Assembly: GCA_029856145.1 (NCBI GenBank)
Contig: JAHQWK010000032.1
Coordinates: 1-64,000, forward strand
Length of the DNA stretch: 64,000 bases
DNA from: Promethearchaeia archaeon
GTDB lineage: Archaea > Asgardarchaeota > Lokiarchaeia > Sigyniarchaeales > SOKP01
Direction: 5' to 3'
Made by a program: the position numbers and the translations under genes. Positions 39,379-48,740 of the stretch are shown in pieces (the stretch's first letter is position 1; each line of letters starts with the position of its first letter). A model generated the notes under the pieces. The model was not told the DNA's origin. It did not search any database and worked only from the letters and a program-made list of their open reading frames with translations.

Positions 39379-40254
39379 ATGATATCTAAGGTACTAGTAA
39401 TATTATCTAACGGAATTCTGTGCTATTCAAAAACAATTTTTGGTCATAACAATATTGATGATGATTTTGTAAGTGGCTTTCTGACAGCAATCCTCGATAT
39501 TTCTCATAAGATTGGTGGAGGAGAAATAAGATCTTTAAACTTCAGAAATTTTAATATTATTTATTCTTATGATGACGAAAAATATTGTATATTTATACTA
39601 CTCGCTGACATCAAAGATCCAGAAGAAGAGATAAGAGAAAAATTAGAATTACTGAAAAATGAATTTATAACCCGATATCGTAATGATTTAATAAATTGGG
39701 ATTCTGATATTGCAAAATTTGAAGGGTTTGATGAATTTGTAGGAAAAAATATTTATATTCCTCCTAAAATATTATTGGTTGGTGAAGATGGAGTTGGCAA
39801 GACTACAATAATGAATTTATTTCCAGGAGAGCTAATAATTGAATTAGATGAGGACATGAATGAAATTATCCAAAAAACTATCAATTTATCTAATTCTAAA
39901 AAATTAAAAAAGTGTATATTACGAGAAATTAACTTAGAAGACTTAGTAAACAATTCGAAAATATATCGGCAACTTTTAGATTCTGTAGATATTATTTGTC
40001 TAGTTACTAATTCTGGAGCAACTAATTTAAACAGTACAAAGAGATTATTCTCATTATTACAACCGAAAGTAGAAAGAGCACAATTCTATGTTATTGCTAA
40101 CTTTCAAGATATGAAAAATACTTCTTTTGAACTTGAAAAAATTGAAGAATTTTTTGGAGAAAAAACATTTGGTTTTTCAGCAATAATAAAAGAGGCTAAA
40201 GAAAATATTTACTCAATAATTACTGAAATGTTAAATACCACAAGTACAGAATAA
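39379..40254 (+). CDS. Longin domain - small GTPase fusion with degenerate G3/G4
   Basis: Longin signature (NGILCYSK, DDDFVSGFLTAI, IRSL); G1 GEDGVGKT; no DxxG; G4 NFQD; G5 FSA. Confidence 0.8.
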   Translation: MISKVLVILSNGILCYSKTIFGHNNIDDDFVSGFLTAILDISHKIGGGEIRSLNFRNFNIIYSYDDEKYCIFILLADIKDPEEEIREKLELLKNEFITRYRNDLINWDSDIAKFEGFDEFVGKNIYIPPKILLVGEDGVGKTTIMNLFPGELIIELDEDMNEIIQKTINLSNSKKLKKCILREINLEDLVNNSKIYRQLLDSVDIICLVTNSGATNLNSTKRLFSLLQPKVERAQFYVIANFQDMKNTSFELEKIEEFFGEKTFGFSAIIKEAKENIYSIITEMLNTTSTE

Positions 40255-40279
40255 GATTTAAACAGATAAAAAGAAAAAA

Positions 40280-40774
40280 ATGAAAATTCAAGAAGATTTT
40301 GTTTTCCCTGTATATATTTATGAAAAGACGATTGAGGAAATTAAATTATTGTGCAAAAGTTCAGAATTAGAAATTTTTGGATATCTTATAGGCACCACCT
40401 CAAAATGGAATGGAAGAATTTATACTTTAATAGAGGAATCACTATTTCTGCTTGGAGCGATATATAGTCATAAATCCTATACCTCTCAAATAGAAGGAAC
40501 TGCCGGATTATATCAGAAAAAATTTCAGAGAATTAAGAAAAAAAGAAAAAATGAGAATTTAAAAATTATCGGGTGGTGGCATTCACATCCGAATTTAGGA
40601 TGTTTTTTATCTTCTACAGACTTGTTGACTCAGAAGTATTTCTTTTCTAAAGAATATCAAGTTGCTCTTGTTATTGATCCATTTCGAAATGAATTTGAAT
40701 TTTTTTCTTTAGATAACAACTCAAAAAAAGGTTACAAATCATTAAGTTATGCTGTTTTAAAAAAAACTAGTTAA
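40280..40774 (+). CDS. JAB/MPN+ metalloprotease (deubiquitinase, Rpn11/CSN5-like)
   Basis: E..G.LIG, GWWHSHPNLGCFLSSTD, ALVIDP. Confidence 0.92.
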   Translation: MKIQEDFVFPVYIYEKTIEEIKLLCKSSELEIFGYLIGTTSKWNGRIYTLIEESLFLLGAIYSHKSYTSQIEGTAGLYQKKFQRIKKKRKNENLKIIGWWHSHPNLGCFLSSTDLLTQKYFFSKEYQVALVIDPFRNEFEFFSLDNNSKKGYKSLSYAVLKKTS

Positions 40775-40782
40775 GTCTAAAC

Positions 40783-41670
40783 ATGTCAAGAAAAAAAGAA
40801 GATTTTAAAGATTATACTGTATATGGGATTGATTCTATAGATTCAGATATATTTGATCGCCAAAAACGTATAAAAGGATGGGATCAAAGCAAGATTTCTA
40901 ACGCAACAGTTATGGTTATTGGTGCGGGAGCTATAGGGAATGAAGTTATTAAAAATCTAGTGTTAACAGGTATAGGTAATATCATTTTAATTGATTACGA
41001 TTTTATAAATACCTCAAACTTAAATCGATGCATTCTATTTAATGTAGAAAATGCTCAGCAGAAAGAATATAAAGTGGATGCTATAAAAGATGCATGTAAA
41101 AAACTCAATCCAAATGTAGAGATTATAACAGTTAAAAATGATTTAAATGACATTGATAAAGCATTTTATGAAAAATCTGATGTTATTTGTTCATGTGTAG
41201 ATAATATTGAAGCAAGACTAGAAGCAAATAACTATGCATTTTATTATGAAATACCATTTGTAGATTCAGGAATTGACGAACTCTTTGGTAGTGTTCAATC
41301 AGTTTATTCTGAAATAAAAGATGCCGCTTGTCTTCAGTGTAATGTTTCTGACATGGATTTAGATTTGATGTGGAAAAAATTTTCATGTACAGGGCAAGAA
41401 GTTGAGAGTAAAAACGGTGAAACTATGGGAATAATACCAGCCATTATTACGACCACTTCTATTATCGGGGGATTACAATCACAACAAGTATTGAAATTTA
41501 TATTAGGAATTGATTATTTTAAAGAACACAATAAATGGAATCCTCATATTGGCCCGCCTTTGATTGGAAAACAATTGAATTATAATGGTCTATTAAATAA
41601 ATTTGAAGTTATTGAGAAATTAAAAAATCCAGAATGTTGGACATGTTCATTTAAAAAAATAATTTATTAA
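40783..41670 (+). CDS. Ubiquitin-activating enzyme E1-like (ThiF/UBA)
   Basis: FDRQ, GAGAIGNE, DYDFINTSNLNR, CLQC, putative catalytic FSCT, CWTC. Confidence 0.92.
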   Translation: MSRKKEDFKDYTVYGIDSIDSDIFDRQKRIKGWDQSKISNATVMVIGAGAIGNEVIKNLVLTGIGNIILIDYDFINTSNLNRCILFNVENAQQKEYKVDAIKDACKKLNPNVEIITVKNDLNDIDKAFYEKSDVICSCVDNIEARLEANNYAFYYEIPFVDSGIDELFGSVQSVYSEIKDAACLQCNVSDMDLDLMWKKFSCTGQEVESKNGETMGIIPAIITTTSIIGGLQSQQVLKFILGIDYFKEHNKWNPHIGPPLIGKQLNYNGLLNKFEVIEKLKNPECWTCSFKKIIY

Positions 41671-41696
41671 AAAAGAAAAATAATGGGTGAAGCTGT

Positions 41697-42260
41697 TTGC
41701 CAGAACTTCCTTATGAAATATGGAAAGATAGAATTGATAATGAACTTAGTAATATGAAAAAGTTAGGTAATCTTGAAGAAAATTCAATAAATATGAATAG
41801 TAATAATATTGAATTAATTTTAAATATAACAGCGTTAGGGTTTGTCAGGGAAAAAGCAGACTTAGTACCAAAAAATTCTCATCGTATATATCTTAAAATA
41901 AATCGATCCTTTCCCTACCCTGGTGGTATAGATTTTTCTTGGCTATCAAAAATATTTCATCCTAATATTCATCCTATTGAATTATCATTTTCAAATGAAC
42001 CAGGAACAGGATATATATGTCTAAATATTTTAAAAAAATGGTCACGATTATCCGATTTAGTGACTACTGTTAGAGCTTTAAAAATATTAGTCGAAAATCC
42101 CAATCCTCATGACCCTCTTGATTATCCTGAATGTCTAGATGCTGCTAAATTTTATAAGAAAAATAATATCACGGAACTTAAGAAAAAGTATTCTTCTGAG
42201 GAGGGTTATAAGGATTCTGAGAGAAAAGAAGATGATGATATTAAAATCATAGAAGAATAA
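41697..42260 (+). CDS. Ubiquitin-conjugating enzyme E2-like
   Basis: FPY, IFHPNI, GYICLNILKKWS (catalytic Cys), NPNPHDPL. Confidence 0.92.
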   Translation: MPELPYEIWKDRIDNELSNMKKLGNLEENSINMNSNNIELILNITALGFVREKADLVPKNSHRIYLKINRSFPYPGGIDFSWLSKIFHPNIHPIELSFSNEPGTGYICLNILKKWSRLSDLVTTVRALKILVENPNPHDPLDYPECLDAAKFYKKNNITELKKKYSSEEGYKDSERKEDDDIKIIEE

Positions 42261-42269
42261 ATAAAATCG

Positions 42270-42536
42270 CTATTCTTTTAAAAAACCACCTATAACTCTC
42301 GTCCATAAAATTAACTTCTGGTCCTCTTTTAATCCATATTTATGGATAATATCCTCTATTGTAATTTTATTTGGTAATTCTTGATTATTAAGAACTAAAG
42401 TATAAGAACGCTGTTCAGTACTAATAATACCCATATGTTTTACAATTATATCAATAATTCTTTCAATTTGATGATGGTTTTTAACATCCAATTTAATAAT
42501 TCTTCCTGTTCTTGAATCTTCGACTGAAATTCTCAA
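42270..42536 (-). CDS. Ubiquitin-like protein precursor
   Basis: Beta-grasp pattern (MRISVED..GRIIKLDV...LVLNNQEL...T...YGLKEDQKLIL) ending RVIGG-FLKE. Confidence 0.88.
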   Translation of the reverse strand: MRISVEDSRTGRIIKLDVKNHHQIERIIDIIVKHMGIISTEQRSYTLVLNNQELPNKITIEDIIHKYGLKEDQKLILWTRVIGGFLKE

Positions 42537-42642
42537 AATCCATTACACTTTCGATTTCAATTTTATGTTTTAAATATTATTTAAAAGCATTTAAAAGTTG
42601 ATGTTTTTATTATTTCTAAGCTTTTTTAATGAAATTATCGTT

Positions 42643-42891
42643 CTAATCATTAGAATTAGTTTTTTTTCGAAAAATCAAATATCTAATAAACCCAATGAAA
42701 AATGGAGTTATCCAAACGATTAAAACCCAAACAGCAGCGTTTATTCTTTTCTTTTTAGCGTCCTTATATACCCAAATTGCAATAAAAATTAATACTATAT
42801 AAGGAATTAATAAAAAAATTAAGAGGAGTAGTGCAATCAAGAAATTTAAATCGCTATATATTGAATAAATATTAAACAACGTGTATATCAT
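42643..42891 (-). CDS. Small membrane protein with PLDc_N-like domain
   Basis: IWVYKDAKK...WVLIV...IG...YL. The likely start is ATG at 42891 after GGAGGAG, overlapping the upstream gene; the track start at 42957 is probably too far upstream. Confidence 0.7.
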   Translation of the reverse strand: MIYTLFNIYSIYSDLNFLIALLLLIFLLIPYIVLIFIAIWVYKDAKKKRINAAVWVLIVWITPFFIGFIRYLIFRKKTNSND

Positions 42892-43903
42892 CTTTATCTC
42901 CTCCTTTTTCCTTCGATTTTCCTTCTTCAAAAGGTGTTTCACATACCCAACAAGCATTCTCTAAGGTACTTAAAGTATTTGAACATCTAACGCAATAAAG
43001 AACCTCACATTCAGGGCAAACATAATTTAATCGTGAAACCTTACTTTTGCACACAAGACACATTTTCTTTTCTATAGAAAAATTAACTTCTTGTTCAGTA
43101 ATCGTTTTTGGTTTTGTAAAGATCTTAAGAAAATCTTTAAGTTCCTCTTTTTCTTTACCCAATGGAGTTTCTTGAACTCGTAAACTCTTAACTACGTAAT
43201 TTATTATGTAAATTATAACCATAATAAGGACAAAAGATGATATCAAGATTAATATTAGACTTATCATAGAAAGGGATAAATTGGTTAAAGAAATTAAACT
43301 CAAAAATACAAAGATACAAATTATTAATATTAAAACTATCCAATTAGCTAAAGTCCTCGAAAATAACTCAAAATTAACAATTAATGGAGATAATGCTACT
43401 ATTGCTCCTATTATTACTATGATTGGAGGGATTGCAGGAGGAACTACATTTAAGATCTTAAGCATATTTGTTTCAAAAACCCATCCAATCAAAAATATAG
43501 TAAAACCAATAGTCATCACTGAAGATAGTGATTGAAATTCTTGTTTAGCCTTTATAGAAAACCATATAAACATTAAACTTAAACAAATTACATTAGCTAG
43601 GATATAAATAAAAATATATAAATAGAAGTAAAGAAAGATATAATTTACAATATCGAAAGTTTGAATAATAATACTTAAATCTCCTGTATAAGTTCCTTCT
43701 AAAAAATAATCAGAAAAATAAAAGAAAGCTCTTGCTAAAGCAATACTAAACCAAAAACTTGCAAACCCATACATTAAGATTTTTTCATGCTCAGCTTCTC
43801 TATTACGTCCACGATTTATATAAAATATACTACAAACAAATAAAACAATGATGGCGATACTCGAAAAAAAACGTTCTAATGGATCATAAATAGTAAGAAA
43901 AAT
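42872..43903 (-). CDS. Multipass membrane protein with C-terminal C4C4 RING-like zinc finger
   Basis: CLVC-x10-CPEC-x4-CVRC-x10-CWVC. The frame extends 43 codons upstream of the track ATG to an ATT preceded by GGTGA. Confidence 0.7.
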   Translation of the reverse strand: MFLTIYDPLERFFSSIAIIVLFVCSIFYINRGRNREAEHEKILMYGFASFWFSIALARAFFYFSDYFLEGTYTGDLSIIIQTFDIVNYIFLYFYLYIFIYILANVICLSLMFIWFSIKAKQEFQSLSSVMTIGFTIFLIGWVFETNMLKILNVVPPAIPPIIVIIGAIVALSPLIVNFELFSRTLANWIVLILIICIFVFLSLISLTNLSLSMISLILILISSFVLIMVIIYIINYVVKSLRVQETPLGKEKEELKDFLKIFTKPKTITEQEVNFSIEKKMCLVCKSKVSRLNYVCPECEVLYCVRCSNTLSTLENACWVCETPFEEGKSKEKGGDKDDIHVV

Positions 43904-44061
43904 TGTTTTGAATCACCGACACAAAATAAGTTTACTCGATTTTATTATTACATGCTTAGAAATTTCATCAATATTAAAATAATTTGGAAGGATTAGTTTA
44001 AATATATTTTCTCCATATAATTATTTATAAAATTTTTAATCTAATTGATATAGATTTTATA

Positions 44062-45057
44062 ATGGCAAATAAACGGCTCTTAGCTATTATTATCATATTT
44101 ATTTTTGTAATAAGTCTAATTACTGCTGTTCCAATTACCTTTCTTTTCGTGGTCCTCTCATCCTATAGTAAAATTCATGAAAATCGTGTTTTGAAATATT
44201 CAGCAAGTAATTCTTCTCCTATAGTAGAATTGAATATTAATAGTGAAATTGGAAACGTTGAAATAAACTATACATATCCACCTATTAATTATTATGTGAA
44301 AGTAGAAGTAAGTATTGAAATGTTTGGTAAAAATATTGCGGGGAAATCATGTTCAGATTATTTTGACATAAGTTGGAAAAACGATAGCTCTCCTGTAAAT
44401 TTTAATATGAAGGTTAAATCAGATGTAGATCAAATCGGACTATTATCCCTAATAAAAGATGCCACTGTTACTATATCGCTCAGAGCAGACATAATTTTTG
44501 ACATAAATACAAATGTAATATATGGTAATGTAGAAATAAATGCACCATTTGGGGTTTCCATTAATGAAGTTAAAATTAATAATACCTACGGCGATATTTT
44601 ATATGATTTTAATCATTGTACAATCGAAGGAAATATTACAGGAATTAATAATGAAGGAGATATAAATTTCAAAACTTATAACGTGGAATATTCTCAAGAT
44701 TGTTCATTTTTCCTCGATACTGAAACTGGTAATATTACTGTAGATATATATCAATATAACCAAATGGGTGCAAATGTTAGTGGTATAATAAAAAATGCTG
44801 GAGTAATTAACCTAATTTATGAGGACAACTCAGCCAATATTGGCGCATTGTTTTTATTATATAATACTTCTCAATTTTGGACATTTTGGGATAAGTGGGA
44901 AGGTTTTCCTGAAGACCCTGGTATCTTGAAAGGAGGAAATGGATATTTTTTTCAGTCTTTCGATTTTCCAACAAAAAATAACTATAATTTATCGTTTTAC
45001 AAAAAACACTGGTTAGGAAGGTATTATGTCAACTTGATAAGTGTACCTTTCTCATAA
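44062..45057 (+). CDS. Membrane-anchored beta-strand-repeat protein (DUF4097/adhesin-like)
   Basis: N-terminal TM; repeated ..GNV.I / GDI motifs; many N-x-S/T sequons. Confidence 0.65.
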   Translation: MANKRLLAIIIIFIFVISLITAVPITFLFVVLSSYSKIHENRVLKYSASNSSPIVELNINSEIGNVEINYTYPPINYYVKVEVSIEMFGKNIAGKSCSDYFDISWKNDSSPVNFNMKVKSDVDQIGLLSLIKDATVTISLRADIIFDINTNVIYGNVEINAPFGVSINEVKINNTYGDILYDFNHCTIEGNITGINNEGDINFKTYNVEYSQDCSFFLDTETGNITVDIYQYNQMGANVSGIIKNAGVINLIYEDNSANIGALFLLYNTSQFWTFWDKWEGFPEDPGILKGGNGYFFQSFDFPTKNNYNLSFYKKHWLGRYYVNLISVPFS

Positions 45058-45193
45058 TTTATAAGATTTAAGAGAAGATTGTGTCCAAAATAATAATTTA
45101 GGATAAGTTTTGACCGATTTTCTTTCAATTCTTATCTATTAATAAAAAATTAGGATTCCTAATTTATTTTTTAAATTATAAAGATATAAAAAT

Positions 45194-46912
45194 CTATTCA
45201 AAATAAACGCCTTTCATTACAAATTTATCTGGATTAGAAATCGTTTCAATTCCTCTTACATTTGGACCGAAAACATCAAAATATATACCCACATCCACCC
45301 ATACTACAGGATATAATTCCTCTATAAGGTGCTGTTGGATGTTATAGTATAAATTTTCTCTTTTAGTTTTATTTACTTCTATTACTGCAGCTTCTATCCA
45401 TTGTTGCACTTGCGTATCATTTACTTGACCTATATTGTACGAAGGTTCTTTAGTATTAAATAATCGAAGTGTATTGTGAGGATCGAGATCTGGTGCATGC
45501 CAACCTACAAAAAGAAGTTCTATTTTGTGTCTGTGTAGCTCTGGATGGAAAATAATATTATCATATTCTACTCCTGAAACATGAGCAGCTTCTAATTTTA
45601 CTCCAATTTGTTTAAGACTCTCAGATGTAATATTAAATATTGTTTCATAGTACTCCCAACCAGCTATATACGTGAAATTATAGGTTGCAAGGGGTTTTTC
45701 ATCTATTACTAACTGTTCCCATTCATTTCCAGAACTGATATCACTATTAGCTGTCAAGTTAGTGGTGCCATTCCATCCAACATCTTTTAAAACCTGTCTA
45801 GCAGTTTGAATATTATAATTAGGTACATTAAAAGCGCCCCATTTAGAATACAGCATACGTGGCATAATGGGTGAAAGGCATCTTGTACTCAATTCACCTA
45901 GAAATATAGAATAATTAAATGCATGAGAGATTGCTTTTCTCATCGTCACATTAATTATTTCATTGTTCATAATAAGGTCCCAAAATGTAAGTGATGTAGC
46001 ATTTACTAATTGGAGTCCAGGTGTGTTTTGAAATGTTTCAAGTTCCCCATAAGGAGCCCAAGTTCCATCAATCTCTCCAGATACCATTGCTTCGACCCTG
46101 AGAGTACTATTGGAAAAATATCTTAAAATAATTTTTTCAATTTTTGCTTTTTCAGCCCAATAATTCGGATTTGAACGCAAAGTTACGCTAGTTATAAATT
46201 TACCAATCACATCAACAGTAAATTTACAGGAATCGTAAATAAAAGGACCTGTCCCGACTAGAATGCCAGTTGTTATATCAATGTAATCATCTTCAGGAGT
46301 GGAGTTCGGCGAAAACATGTACGCCATACGAGAACTCAGTAATGATAGAAAGGGAACATAAGGATCATTTAACACAAATCTTATAGTATATTCGTTTATA
46401 ATTATAGTTTTATTAATAATTGTTCGACCATCTGAAAGTTGCCATAAAAAACCATAAGTTGTATTCAAAGGTAACCTAGAAATTCTATCTATGTTCCATT
46501 TAACTGCTGTAGCGTCAAATGGTGTTCCATCGTGGAATATAACATTCTCTCTTAGTGTGCAGGTGACGTTTAAACCATCAAGACTCCAATTAAAATTTGT
46601 TGCTAACTTCGGAATAATTACAGTTTCTCCATGTGTAACATTATAATCAAATAATCCTTCAGCAACATGATCAATAATTAAAAAGGCTTCTTCGTTAGCA
46701 GTTGTAAGTGGATCTACTGTGTAAAAGCCATTTCCCAATCCGTAGATAAAAATATCCTCCTCTGGAAGAAGATTAAAGATATATATACCCCCAAATATAC
46801 CAGCTAAAGCAACTACAGCAATTAAACCTCCAATAGCTAATGGTTTTTTTTCAGTAAAAACTTTTTTTATTTTTGAGCCTTTTTTCTTAGGTTTTTTATT
46901 CTCTAAATTCAT
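45194..46912 (-). CDS. ABC transporter substrate-binding protein, family 5 (DppA/OppA-like)
   Basis: EGLF, P.LA..W, LRENVIFHDGTPFDA.AVKW, VGTGPF, RKAISHA. Confidence 0.92.
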   Translation of the reverse strand: MNLENKKPKKKGSKIKKVFTEKKPLAIGGLIAVVALAGIFGGIYIFNLLPEEDIFIYGLGNGFYTVDPLTTANEEAFLIIDHVAEGLFDYNVTHGETVIIPKLATNFNWSLDGLNVTCTLRENVIFHDGTPFDATAVKWNIDRISRLPLNTTYGFLWQLSDGRTIINKTIIINEYTIRFVLNDPYVPFLSLLSSRMAYMFSPNSTPEDDYIDITTGILVGTGPFIYDSCKFTVDVIGKFITSVTLRSNPNYWAEKAKIEKIILRYFSNSTLRVEAMVSGEIDGTWAPYGELETFQNTPGLQLVNATSLTFWDLIMNNEIINVTMRKAISHAFNYSIFLGELSTRCLSPIMPRMLYSKWGAFNVPNYNIQTARQVLKDVGWNGTTNLTANSDISSGNEWEQLVIDEKPLATYNFTYIAGWEYYETIFNITSESLKQIGVKLEAAHVSGVEYDNIIFHPELHRHKIELLFVGWHAPDLDPHNTLRLFNTKEPSYNIGQVNDTQVQQWIEAAVIEVNKTKRENLYYNIQQHLIEELYPVVWVDVGIYFDVFGPNVRGIETISNPDKFVMKGVYFE

Positions 46913-47088
46913 AATAGCTCCAATTTAGATTTTTTTTATTGATTTAATTGATAATATAAATATATTTACAAATACCTCTATTTTGCTATAATTTAGTTAT
47001 TCAACAGTTGTTTTATTAAAGTTTTCGATCATCAGTAGTTAAAAAAAGATGAAAATCATAGAAAGCCAGTGCTAACTCTTGATTATTC

Positions 47089-47670
47089 TTAAATTGCTTG
47101 AGATTTATAATATAATTTCTCAATAATAGCATCGAAAGCTTCATGAACTCCCTGGCCAGTCTTGGCTGAGGTTATATAATATCCAAGAAAGTAGTGTTCA
47201 TTAACGATTTCTCGAATTTCAGAGTGGTCCAGATTATCCATATCAATTAAATCAATCTTATTAGCAAAAAGCATAATAGGGATATTTCCACAAAATCGTT
47301 TAATATCTTCATGCCAATTTTGAATATGCTTAAAACTATTTCTTCCTAGAGTGTTCTCTTCAAGGCTATACACAATTATAGCAGCGTCACTTTGTCTATA
47401 GAATGAGGGACGTAGAAAATCGAGATCTCGTTGTCCTGCAATATCCCAAAATAATAACCGAACATGATCTTCATCGATTTCTTTATCGAATTTTGAAAAT
47501 TGGGCACCAATAGTCTCAACATAATCAGTCTCAAAAGTGCCCCGTGTGAATTTTTTGATTAGGGATGTTTTCCCTACTCGTCCATCTCCAATTACCGTAA
47601 TTTTAAATCTTAACTTTTTTCCAGAATTGCTCATAGAATAAAAAATATTGTAGAAGATCGTACTTAACAT
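47089..47670 (-). CDS. Rab-like small GTPase
   Basis: GDGRVGKT, ETIG, WDIAGQ, NKID, TSAK. The likely start is ATG at 47634; no C-terminal prenylation Cys. Confidence 0.93.
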   Translation of the reverse strand: MLSTIFYNIFYSMSNSGKKLRFKITVIGDGRVGKTSLIKKFTRGTFETDYVETIGAQFSKFDKEIDEDHVRLLFWDIAGQRDLDFLRPSFYRQSDAAIIVYSLEENTLGRNSFKHIQNWHEDIKRFCGNIPIMLFANKIDLIDMDNLDHSEIREIVNEHYFLGYYITSAKTGQGVHEAFDAIIEKLYYKSQAI

Positions 47671-47825
47671 ATGATTAGCTTTTCAATTATAAAAAACTTT
47701 GTCATAACTCTTAATCTCTATCAACAATAATATTAAATTATATTAAAAAAATTGTGGAGAGAAATATCTGAAATTTGTTTGATAAACATCTCAAATATAA
47801 TTAAGAAATTGAAAAATCTTCTTCA

Positions 47826-48533
47826 CTATTTTAACACAAAGTACATCCGTCTATTGTCTTTTCCTTTATTTACTGTTTTTGTTACCTCAATTTTACCAAT
47901 CTCCTTTAAGTGATTGATATGAGTTCCACCGTCAACTTGTTCATCTATATCGCCTATTTTAACAATGCGAAATTCTTTAATATTCTTGGGTAATCCTACT
48001 GCTAAGCGTGCTAATTCTGGTTTTCCTAAAACTTTATCTCTAGACAAATAATCAATTGTTATCGGTAAATCATTCTCTATAAATCTATTTGCCTCATCTA
48101 CAAAAACTCGCAATTTTTCGGGAGAATAATCTTGCATTGAAAAGTCCATTCTTGTTTTATCTAACTCAATTTGATTCCCCGTAATTTTTGCGTTAGCTCT
48201 TTTGTAAAGGATATTACTAATTAAGTGAGAAGCAGTGTGATATCGCATAAAAGTATACCTTCGTTCCCAATCAAGTTCACAAGAAACTTCATCTCCTTCT
48301 TTTAACCCTGGTTTATCTAATTCATGACTAATATTACCTGAGAATTTACCAACATATATAACTTTATATTTTTCAGTTTCCTTAATAATAAATCCCTCAT
48401 CCCAAGGTTGACCACCACCTTTAGGATAGAAGGCGGTATTATCAAGAACAACGTATTTATCATCTGTGACACTTACTACTTTAGCATTCCAATTCTTAAT
48501 ATAAGAATCATTCATATAGAGTGCTTTTGCCAT
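47826..48533 (-). CDS. alaXM: Alanyl-tRNA editing protein AlaX-M
   Basis: FYPKGGGQP.D, MRYHTASH, DGGTH. Confidence 0.92.
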   Translation of the reverse strand: MAKALYMNDSYIKNWNAKVVSVTDDKYVVLDNTAFYPKGGGQPWDEGFIIKETEKYKVIYVGKFSGNISHELDKPGLKEGDEVSCELDWERRYTFMRYHTASHLISNILYKRANAKITGNQIELDKTRMDFSMQDYSPEKLRVFVDEANRFIENDLPITIDYLSRDKVLGKPELARLAVGLPKNIKEFRIVKIGDIDEQVDGGTHINHLKEIGKIEVTKTVNKGKDNRRMYFVLK

Positions 48534-48740
48534 AAAAAGAAAAATAATTCTTTACCTTATAATTTTAATCATTTTCATGGATTCTAGAAGGTTTTACACC
48601 ATCTAATATTTCTAATTTCAAATTTTACTTTAAAATAAGTTTTTAGGAAAAAAAATGAATAAATAAGAAGATTTACATAATTAGTTATACCTATTTAATA
48701 AAAGTTGTAATCTCTTAGAAAGTATAACGGCGTAAAATTT

